Assembly: GCA_963726455.1 (NCBI GenBank)
Contig: CAVSCK010000005.1
Location: 224,001-288,000 of the forward strand
Source of the DNA: an uncultured bacterium
GTDB lineage: Bacteria > Zixibacteria > MSB-5A5 > CAIYYT01
Direction: 5' to 3'
Length of the DNA: 64,000 nt
Below, one piece after another: positions 56,532 through 64,000 of this stretch (its first letter is position 1; every line of letters starts with the position of its first letter). The translations under genes and the position numbers were made by a program. Under the pieces are notes generated by a model. It was not told where the DNA came from. It did not search any database and saw only the letters and a program-made list of their open reading frames with translations.

Positions 56532-58460
56532 GTGGCAGACAATTTGGCCTACAAAATTCTCAAGGAACACCTGGTCGATGGCGAGATGAAGCCGGGAAGC
56601 GAAATTGGAATTCGGATCGATCAAACGCTGACGCAGGATGCGACCGGCACGATGGCCTATTTGCAGTTCGAAGCGATGGGATTGGATCGCGTCAAGACCA
56701 AGATTTCCGTGTCCTATGTCGACCACAACATGTTGCAGACGGGATTTGAGAACGCCGATGATCACATGTATTTGCAGACGGTTGCCGCGAATTACGGCAT
56801 CTATTTTTCTAAGCCCGGAAACGGCATTTGTCATCAGGTGCATCTGGAACGTTTCGGCGTGCCGGGCATGACGTTGCTGGGATCCGATTCACACACACCG
56901 ACCGGAGGCGCACTGGGAATGATTGCCATCGGCGCAGGTGGTCTGGATGTCGCCGTGGCAATGGGTGGCGGCGCGTTCTATCTCCCCTGCCCTCGCATTG
57001 TTGGTGTGCATTTGACGGGCAAACTGCAACCGTGGGTGAGTGGCAAGGATGTTATACTGGAAGTACTGCGGCAATTGACGGTCAAGGGCGGAGTCGGCAA
57101 CGTGATCGAGTATTTCGGCGAAGGCGTTAAGTCCCTTTCGCTGACACAGCGCGCGACCATCACGAACATGGGCGCCGAACTCGGAGCAACCTGCTCTGTA
57201 TTTCCAGCGGATGAAAATACCCTGCAATACCTGAAGGCGCAGAACCGCGAAAAGGATTTCAAGCCGTTGGCGGCCGATCCGGGCGCAACCTACGACAAGA
57301 CCATAGAGATTGATCTGGCCAAACTCGAACCGATGATTGCCAAGCCGCATTCACCTGATAGCGTGGTCAAAGTCCGTGACGTTGCCGGCACCAAGGCACA
57401 GCAGGTTTGCATCGGTTCCTGCACGAACTCGTCGCTGTACGATCTGGAAATCTCGGCCGCAATTTTGAAAGGCAAACAGGTATATCCGGAGACCAGTGTG
57501 ACCATCACTCCGGGCTCAAAGCAGGTCTACAAGATGGTTTCTGATTCGGGTGCAATGGCGGAAATGATTGCCGCGGGTGCGCGCATTCTGGAATCTGCCT
57601 GCGGCCCCTGTATCGGCATGGGACAGGCGCCGGCGTCGGGCAGCGTGTCCGTGCGGTCGTTTAACCGCAATTTCGAGGGGCGCTCCGGCACCAAAGATTC
57701 GTATGTGTATCTCGCGTCGCCCGAAACTTGCGCCGCAACTGCCTTGAAGGGCGTGATTACCGACCCGCGCGATCTGGGGACACAACCGACGCTGCATCTT
57801 CCGGACAAGTTCTATATCGATGATCGCAGTGTGTTGCCGCCGGCCAAGGACGGCGACCGTCCGAAGATCGTCCGGGGACCGAACATCAAACCGCTGCCGA
57901 CGCGCGGGGCGATGGCTGACAAACTGAACGGCAAAGCGCTGCTAAAGCTGGGCGACAATATTTCGACCGACCATATCATGCCGGCGGGCGCCAAGATTCT
58001 GCCGCTGCGCTCCAATATTCCGGCGATTTCGGAATTCGTGTTTTTCTACGTCGATCAGAATTTCCCGAAGCGCGCCAAGGAAGCTGGAAGTTTCGTGGTG
58101 GTCGGTGGCGAGAACTACGGACAGGGCTCTTCGCGTGAACATGCGGCACTGGCGCCGATGTACCTCGGTCTGCAATTCGTGCTGACGAAATCTTTTGCCA
58201 GAATTCACAAGACCAATCTCGTGAATTTCGGAATTCTGCCGCTGACTTTCGCCAATCCTGCCGACTATGACAAACTCAAACAGGATGACCAACTGGAAAT
58301 TCCGAATGTGCGCGAAATGTTGCCGAAGGGCAACCGCGTCACGATCAAGAACATCTCGCAGGGATACGACTTTGATGCTCAGTTTGACCTCTCTCCTCGC
58401 CAGGTGAAGATTCTTCTGGCCGGTGGGTTGTTGAACTTCACCAAAGCAGGTGGAAAGTAG
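56532..58460 (+). CDS. Aconitate hydratase (short 642-aa type)
   Basis: QDATGT, DHN, GICHQVH, DSHT, GSCTN, CGPCIG, NRNFEGR, STDHI.PAG, YGQGSSREHAA. Confidence 0.93.
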   Translation: MADNLAYKILKEHLVDGEMKPGSEIGIRIDQTLTQDATGTMAYLQFEAMGLDRVKTKISVSYVDHNMLQTGFENADDHMYLQTVAANYGIYFSKPGNGICHQVHLERFGVPGMTLLGSDSHTPTGGALGMIAIGAGGLDVAVAMGGGAFYLPCPRIVGVHLTGKLQPWVSGKDVILEVLRQLTVKGGVGNVIEYFGEGVKSLSLTQRATITNMGAELGATCSVFPADENTLQYLKAQNREKDFKPLAADPGATYDKTIEIDLAKLEPMIAKPHSPDSVVKVRDVAGTKAQQVCIGSCTNSSLYDLEISAAILKGKQVYPETSVTITPGSKQVYKMVSDSGAMAEMIAAGARILESACGPCIGMGQAPASGSVSVRSFNRNFEGRSGTKDSYVYLASPETCAATALKGVITDPRDLGTQPTLHLPDKFYIDDRSVLPPAKDGDRPKIVRGPNIKPLPTRGAMADKLNGKALLKLGDNISTDHIMPAGAKILPLRSNIPAISEFVFFYVDQNFPKRAKEAGSFVVVGGENYGQGSSREHAALAPMYLGLQFVLTKSFARIHKTNLVNFGILPLTFANPADYDKLKQDDQLEIPNVREMLPKGNRVTIKNISQGYDFDAQFDLSPRQVKILLAGGLLNFTKAGGK

Positions 58461-58465
58461 TTTTT

Positions 58466-58527
58466 GTAGGTTCGAATTTATTCGAGCACAAGCATAGATT
58501 TGACAAGGGCGACCATACGGTCGCCCT
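58466..58527. repeat. Two GTAG-type REP-like palindromes, possibly acting as a bidirectional terminator region
   Basis: GTAG-GTTCGAAT-TT-ATTCGAGC (58466-58487) and AGGGCGACC-ATAC-GGTCGCCCT (58506-58527), between convergent genes. Confidence 0.55.
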
Positions 58528-58548
58528 AATGTTTTTCTGACTCGTCAA

Positions 58549-61500
58549 CTACGGGCAACTCGCGCAGGGAGCCGGACCGCCAGAGAAGATATAGCTTATC
58601 AGATAGACAACATCGGAGATGTCGATCGAGCCATCGCAATTTGAGTCACCGGCCGAGAGCGGATCTGGTGCCGGGCCGTTGGAGAAGATGTAACCGATGA
58701 GAAAGACGGCGTCCGAGATGTCAACTGCTCCGTCGCCATTGGCGTCGCCACAGATATAAGCGGGCACACACCCGACATCCAAAGCGCCGATCAACGACAC
58801 ACAGGTGTTATTTTCCGGAGCGCAGGGTGAGGCCGGCGTCAAGCCGAAGTCGCCAGCGACCGTGTCACAGAATAAGGGATCAGCCGAAATATTCCCTTTG
58901 ATGCCTAGTTGACCGGCGAAACCTCCGATCCAATCCCCACCGGCATTTCCAAAGAGGTCGCAGCAATTCATTTGTGGCATGTAGTACTGGGCATCCACGG
59001 CCGGGCCGAAGGTCGAGAAAGTTACGAGACAGTGATCCAAATTGAGTAGCGCCCCCTGCTCCAGGACGGCACTTTGATTTAGCGCGAAAGTGCAGCCGGA
59101 CAAATTCACTATGGCAAAGCTGCCGTGAACGCCCAGTTGATTGCTGACAAAAACGCTATTAGACACAAAGGCCTGGGACGCCGACTGCGGGGACTTGTAT
59201 CCGGAAATCATCACACCATAACTAGTCTGATTCTTGAAGATACAATTGTTGACGTTAATCTTCCCCCATTCCAGAGCCAATCCGCCGTTATTGTTCAGGA
59301 ATGAACAATCCGTCACCATCACCGAATCACCAGACAAATCTGCTGCCCAGCCGATATTAGACTGGAACTGACAGTTCGCTACCCGGATCGGTCCGTTGCG
59401 ACTGACTCCCACCAGTCCCGCGTCAGAGTTACCCATGAATGTGCACCCGATGATGGTGGCTGAACTGCCGGCTAGATTAACGCCACCCCCCGTGCTTGCC
59501 GAATTTGAATCAAACGCGCACGACAATATCTTCAGCGAAGTTCCTTCCGCGTAAATGCCGCCTCCGTAGCTGCCTCCTGTGTTGCCGCGAAACACGCAGT
59601 TGCTAATCCTGGGTGATGAGAGAAAGCAATACATTCCTCCACCGCACGGAGCCAGGTATGCTGAGTGGTCCGGCAGTCCAAAGCCGCCGGCGATCGTAAT
59701 GTCCTCGACAATCGAGGTGAAATCCTCGCAGCCACCAAAGTAAAATCCTCGACGCGGATTATCAACTGTACCCTGGCAATCAATGACAGATTGTGCTGCG
59801 CCGTGCTGCGACTTGAGGACAATTGCCTTCCCGCGAAACTCGATGTTACGATTGCCGACGCCGGTGAAGACGCCGTCAGCAACTATTACCGTGTCCCCGT
59901 GTATCGCGGAATCAATCGCGGCCTGAATTGTAGGCGCCTGACCGCTGCCGTCGGGATTGACCAGCCAGGTGCGATTCTGCGGAGAACAGCCCACACCGAG
60001 CGCTCCGATCAATACGCCACAACTGTTTTGTCCTGCGGCACAAGGGGAGTCATCCATGAGGCGGTAATCTCCGGCGTCCGCTCTGCAGAATCGCGGATTG
60101 AGCGAGAAATTCCCGTCGATGCCGATACGGTTGGTGGCACTATCGCCCGAGAAATCTCGCCTATCGGGAATTACGTCACTGCAAGTCAGCGTGAAACTAC
60201 TGAGCGCGTCACAGGTGATCGCGCTGCTATTCACGATAGTGATTATGCATCTTGCCAGCGTCGGAGACGAACCTTCCGCGAAACTTACAACTCCAAAATC
60301 GGACGGATTTCCGGTCATGGTGCAGTTGGTGATTTGTGGAGAAGATGATTGGCAATAGATGGCCGCGCCATCGCCGAGACCGTTGCCTGTGAAGAGACAA
60401 TTTGAGATGACGGGAGAGGAGTTAGTGCAATAGATACCGCCTCCCTGATAGCCCGCCGTTGATGCCAGCGTCGAGTTCTGTTTGAAATGGCAGTTTGCAA
60501 TTGTGGGGGAGGAATTGCCGCAGTAAATAGCGCCACCTTTCTCGGCAAAGCCACCCTGTATAGTGAATCCGTCGATGACCGTGCCGGCGCCTTCGCCGAA
60601 GTGTATGTAAAATCCTCGGCGCGGTGTAGACAAACTTCCCTGGCACAGGATCACCGTGGAATCCATTCCGTGCTCCGACCGGACGACGATGGCCTTGCCG
60701 CCGAGGTCGAGATCGCGATTGCCGTAACCCGAGAATGCCCCGGAGGCCACCAGCACAGTGTCTCCGGCGGCACTTGAATCAATCGCCGCCTGAATCGTCG
60801 GCGCGTCTCCCGAACCATCGGCCTTGACATGCCAGACCCTGCCTCCGGGATAGCAGGCAATTCCCTTAGCGCCGATGAGAACGCTACAACTGTTGTTGGC
60901 CGGAGCACAGGGAGAGGCACTCGATACTGTATAATCATGGTTCTGCACGTTGCAGAAGCTCGGAGCAGACGAAAAATTTCCGTTTACACTCCCCTGTCCC
61001 GCGATACACCCGATCCAGTCGCCGCCGGCACAGCCATAAATGTCAGTGCAAAAGAACGTGGGTTGACAGGGATCACCCGGGCACTCGAATGCAGAATAGT
61101 ACTGAGACCAGGCAATGATCGAGTTCTTGATCACCGGGTTGCTCCCATTGCAGTAAAAAGCATCTCCAATAATGGTGCAATTGGTGAAGACCGGGGCGGA
61201 CGGAGTCCCCAAGAAAATCTGGTACGGCACATTACTACTTCCATTTTCGTAGAAGACACATCCAGTTACCCTCGGCGCGCCACTGTCGCAACCAAGAGCC
61301 CCCTGGTCGTTCAACGTGAACAAACAACTGTCTATCCTGGCGTCGGAACTCCTGCAGAAAACACCGGCTCCATTGGTGCCGAGGTTCGAAATGAATTGGC
61401 AGTCAACAATTTGTGGCGACGCGCCGAGACAGAGGATACCGCCTCCTATCTCCCAGTACTCTTGCACGATAGAGGCATATCCGTTTGTGATGGTAAATCC

Positions 61501-61857
61501 CCTCACAACCGAATTACTATCCTCGCCTGAGTGAAAGTAGAATGCGCGATGAGGATCCAGGTTGGTGCCTTGACAATCAATTGTGGTTGCTGTCGGACCG
61601 GCAATTGATTTGACCACGATCTGCTTCCCCAGGAAGTCGAGGTCGCGGTTTCCCGTCCCGGTATATGTCCCGCCGGCCACGATAACGGTGTCGCCAATCT
61701 GGGCCGCATCAATGCCTCCCTGAATCGTGGCTACATCGACTGGAACGCGAATGACGGAACCGAAGAGATCCGAGAAATGTGATGAAAACAGCAGGATTGA
61801 GAGGATCAGCGCCCAAGAGCGCCGGAACCGATTCGATGTCGGCATGCTACGGTGCAC
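58549..61857 (-). CDS. Secreted protein with three tandem beta-helix modules and a C-terminal dockerin-like domain
   Basis: AAGGAG RBS before GTG 61857; three TIQ..ID.A..GDTV.VA.G...G.GNR modules, each ending GNxSxxPxFC...SPCA..N.C..LIGA; CGDANGDGAVDISDAVFL duplex. Confidence 0.85.
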   Translation of the reverse strand: MHRSMPTSNRFRRSWALILSILLFSSHFSDLFGSVIRVPVDVATIQGGIDAAQIGDTVIVAGGTYTGTGNRDLDFLGKQIVVKSIAGPTATTIDCQGTNLDPHRAFYFHSGEDSNSVVRGFTITNGYASIVQEYWEIGGGILCLGASPQIVDCQFISNLGTNGAGVFCRSSDARIDSCLFTLNDQGALGCDSGAPRVTGCVFYENGSSNVPYQIFLGTPSAPVFTNCTIIGDAFYCNGSNPVIKNSIIAWSQYYSAFECPGDPCQPTFFCTDIYGCAGGDWIGCIAGQGSVNGNFSSAPSFCNVQNHDYTVSSASPCAPANNSCSVLIGAKGIACYPGGRVWHVKADGSGDAPTIQAAIDSSAAGDTVLVASGAFSGYGNRDLDLGGKAIVVRSEHGMDSTVILCQGSLSTPRRGFYIHFGEGAGTVIDGFTIQGGFAEKGGAIYCGNSSPTIANCHFKQNSTLASTAGYQGGGIYCTNSSPVISNCLFTGNGLGDGAAIYCQSSSPQITNCTMTGNPSDFGVVSFAEGSSPTLARCIITIVNSSAITCDALSSFTLTCSDVIPDRRDFSGDSATNRIGIDGNFSLNPRFCRADAGDYRLMDDSPCAAGQNSCGVLIGALGVGCSPQNRTWLVNPDGSGQAPTIQAAIDSAIHGDTVIVADGVFTGVGNRNIEFRGKAIVLKSQHGAAQSVIDCQGTVDNPRRGFYFGGCEDFTSIVEDITIAGGFGLPDHSAYLAPCGGGMYCFLSSPRISNCVFRGNTGGSYGGGIYAEGTSLKILSCAFDSNSASTGGGVNLAGSSATIIGCTFMGNSDAGLVGVSRNGPIRVANCQFQSNIGWAADLSGDSVMVTDCSFLNNNGGLALEWGKINVNNCIFKNQTSYGVMISGYKSPQSASQAFVSNSVFVSNQLGVHGSFAIVNLSGCTFALNQSAVLEQGALLNLDHCLVTFSTFGPAVDAQYYMPQMNCCDLFGNAGGDWIGGFAGQLGIKGNISADPLFCDTVAGDFGLTPASPCAPENNTCVSLIGALDVGCVPAYICGDANGDGAVDISDAVFLIGYIFSNGPAPDPLSAGDSNCDGSIDISDVVYLISYIFSGGPAPCASCP

Positions 61858-61970
61858 AAATGCTCCTTTGAACGACGACGAAAATTGTTTGGTCTTGAAC
61901 CAGTAGCAGTCGAATCGGTAAGAATTACTCCGGTGCCAGGGAAAATCTAATAGTAGATTCTTGCATCGAC

Positions 61971-61998
61971 AGTATACACAATGGGGCATAATTGTCAA
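61971..61998 (-). promoter_or_regulatory. Sigma-70-type promoter TTGACA-N16-TATACT
   Basis: Near-consensus; the ORF-track TTG start at 61998 falls inside its -35 element. Confidence 0.7.
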
Positions 61999-62168
61999 GT
62001 GAAAACTGTTCGGGACGCTTCAACAGCTATCAAGGCCACCGGCAGGCAGTCGCGTCGGGCAAGTCCAAAAAGCGGTTGACGGCGGTTAGCGCTTTGGGTA
62101 ATATGAGTGCCAATCTTTAGCGGGGCCGTACGTAGTATTTTTTGCACTTCAACGCCGAGTAGAAGGTT

Positions 62169-63266
62169 ATGACAAACATAAAGAGCACGCCGTTCACCAG
62201 AATTAACGAGCAAGCCGGCGCCAAGATGGTCGAATTTGCCGGCTACAACATGCCGATTCAGTACCGTTCGATTAACCAGGAACACCTCAAAGTCCGCAAG
62301 AGCGTGGGACTGTTCGATCTCTCACACATGGGAGAGTTTTTCGTTAAGGGTGACAAGGCGCTGGAGTTTATCCAGAAGATGACGACCAACGACGCGGCAT
62401 CTTTGCGAATGAATCAGGTGCAATACTCTTCACTGCCGTATCCTGAAGGTGGATTGGTTGATGACTTGTTGGTCTATCGCTTGCCTGATCAGTACTTGCT
62501 GGTGGTGAATGCCGCCAATATTGATAAGGATTGGGCGTGGCTGGTGGAGCATAAGCCGGCAGGAGTGGAACTGACGAATCGCTCCGATGACTTCGGTCTG
62601 CTGGCTATTCAAGGGCCCCACGCCGAGCCGGTTATGGCGAAACTGACCGACTACGATTTGAGCAAAATTGGCTTCTACGAGTCCGCTTTGTCCAGGATTT
62701 GTGGCAAAGAAACGTTATTCAGCCGCACCGGTTATACTGGAGAGGATGGCTTTGAAATTTACTGCGACCCGTCGATCGCCGAGGAGTTGTGGCAACGGGC
62801 GATGGCAGCCGGAAAGCAGTTTGACGTTGAGCCGATTGGTTTAGGCGCCAGGGACAGCTTGCGGCTGGAGATGCGTTACATGTTGTACGGCAACGACATA
62901 GACAGGACGACGAACCCCATCGAGGCAGGCTTGGGCTGGATCTGCAAGCCGGAAAAAGGCGAGTTTATCGGGCGGGACAAGATCGTGGCAATGAAAGAAG
63001 ACAAGCCCAAGCGCAAGTTGCAGTCTTTGGTATTGAAGGAGAAAGCCATCCCACGGCACGGCTACCCGATTTTTGTTGGCAACGAGAACGTTGGCCACGT
63101 AACTTCGGGTTGCTTCAGCCCGTCACTGGAGATGGGCGTCGCCTTAGGATATGTTGACAGCAAGTTTGGCAAAATCGGGGAGACGGTGGACATTGACATT
63201 CGCGGCAAGCGTGTAGCCGCTGAAGTAGTTAAAGGCGCCTTCTACAAACAAGGCACCCACAAGTAG
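62169..63266 (+). CDS. gcvT: Glycine cleavage system aminomethyltransferase T
   Basis: FAGYNMPIQY, GLFDLSHMGE, LVVNAAN, QGP, RTGYTGEDGFE, GLGARDSLRLE. Confidence 0.97.
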   Translation: MTNIKSTPFTRINEQAGAKMVEFAGYNMPIQYRSINQEHLKVRKSVGLFDLSHMGEFFVKGDKALEFIQKMTTNDAASLRMNQVQYSSLPYPEGGLVDDLLVYRLPDQYLLVVNAANIDKDWAWLVEHKPAGVELTNRSDDFGLLAIQGPHAEPVMAKLTDYDLSKIGFYESALSRICGKETLFSRTGYTGEDGFEIYCDPSIAEELWQRAMAAGKQFDVEPIGLGARDSLRLEMRYMLYGNDIDRTTNPIEAGLGWICKPEKGEFIGRDKIVAMKEDKPKRKLQSLVLKEKAIPRHGYPIFVGNENVGHVTSGCFSPSLEMGVALGYVDSKFGKIGETVDIDIRGKRVAAEVVKGAFYKQGTHK

Positions 63267-63271
63267 GACTG

Positions 63272-64000
63272 ATGAAAGTTAAGCTATATTTCACACCAAC
63301 GCCTTTGACAGAGGCGAAACTCAGGGGCAGAACCACGATTGTGGTGGACATTCTGCGCGCGTCCACGACGATCTGTACAGCAATCCAGAACGGCTGCCGG
63401 GAGATAATCCCCGTGGCAACCGTCGGCGACGCGGCAGCAATTCGCGCCAATCTGGACCGCGACAGCGTGCTGGTTTGCGGCGAACGCGAAGGCATGAAGA
63501 TTGAAGGTTTCGATCTGGGCAACTCCCCTGCCGAATACAGCGAGCAGGTCGTCAAAGGCAAAGTCCTGGTGTTTGCTTCCACCAACGGTTCACGCGCCAT
63601 CCTCAAATGTGCGCCATCCGCCGCTACTTTCGTCTGCGGATTCGTCAATCTCAACTCGGTTGTGGATATCACGCGCAAGTTTGACCGTGATGTGGCGATT
63701 GTCTGCGCGGGCAAACTGGGCAACTTCTCGCTGGAGGACACCTTCTGCGGCGGCGCCATTATCGAACGACTGCAGCAGGGCGGCAAATATGAGGTCGCCA
63801 ATGATGCGGCGCAAGTGGCACTAATGTTGTATAAGAATCAAGGCCAGCCCTTGGAAGCGGTGATCCGTCAGGCGGATCACGCCCGTTATTTGATCGGCCT
63901 TGGATTTGAGAGCGACATCGCGACAGCAGCGGCGCTGGACACAATCAATGTGGTGCCGGTGCTGAGCGGAAACAAGATAGTGGACGCTCAAAAGCACAAA
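63272..64000 (+). CDS. comB: 2-phosphosulfolactate phosphatase family protein (runs off the window end; missing from the ORF track)
   Basis: ATG 63272; VVDILRASTTI, CGEREGMKIEGFDLGNSP, STNGS, FSLEDTFCGG; frame open to 64000. Confidence 0.9.
   Translation, partial: MKVKLYFTPTPLTEAKLRGRTTIVVDILRASTTICTAIQNGCREIIPVATVGDAAAIRANLDRDSVLVCGEREGMKIEGFDLGNSPAEYSEQVVKGKVLVFASTNGSRAILKCAPSAATFVCGFVNLNSVVDITRKFDRDVAIVCAGKLGNFSLEDTFCGGAIIERLQQGGKYEVANDAAQVALMLYKNQGQPLEAVIRQADHARYLIGLGFESDIATAAALDTINVVPVLSGNKIVDAQKHK

Noticed and set aside
42967-58460. Reductive TCA cycle inferred from citryl-CoA lyase, aconitase and por-like genes
   Set aside because: The genes are unlinked, no citryl-CoA synthetase is in view and the por-like enzyme looks inactive.
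62040-62168. Glycine riboswitch upstream of gcvT
   Set aside because: The GGAGA...CCGAAG...CUCUCAGG aptamer motifs are absent and the leader is short.
1-64000. CRISPR arrays, tRNA/rRNA genes, integrases, transposases, prophage or defence genes
   Set aside because: I found no regularly spaced repeats, cloverleaf/T-loop context or such protein motifs by eye; a tool scan would be needed to exclude them fully.

Overview
This is a gene-dense bacterial chromosomal segment with no rRNA, tRNA, CRISPR array, integrase or transposase that I can recognise. Four secreted proteins end in the same C-terminal dockerin-like duplex (CGDxNxDGxVxISDAVYLIxYIF), one protein ends in a TWGKIKALF tail, and the TonBs are Bacteroidetes-style. 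Together these suggest candidate phylum Zixibacteria or a related FCB-group lineage (inference). Housekeeping genes include pcrA/uvrD, mutM, nfo, dinG, lptFG, glnA, birA, rex, aconitase, gcvT, comB and an IscA/ferredoxin/FNR cluster. Most notable: (1) An intact four-gene 2-oxoacid:acceptor oxidoreductase-like operon with a Rex-type box. Its alpha and beta subunits have lost the TPP/Mg catalytic motifs but keep the Fe-S cysteines, so it may be a pseudo-enzyme or repurposed redox module. (2) An unannotated ~165-nt minus-strand RNA with its own sigma-54 promoter, a palindromic upstream site, two stem-loops with identical GACAGG loops and an intrinsic terminator. (3) An exbB-exbD-exbD-tonB operon followed by four more TonB paralogs, three of them stand-alone secreted or lipidated TonB C-terminal domains. 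(4) An AbfD (4-hydroxybutyryl-CoA dehydratase)-fold enzyme with a rewired active site. Four genes carry single +1 frameshifts that are probably sequencing errors. All calls come from reading the sequence and recalling family motifs; no searches were run.
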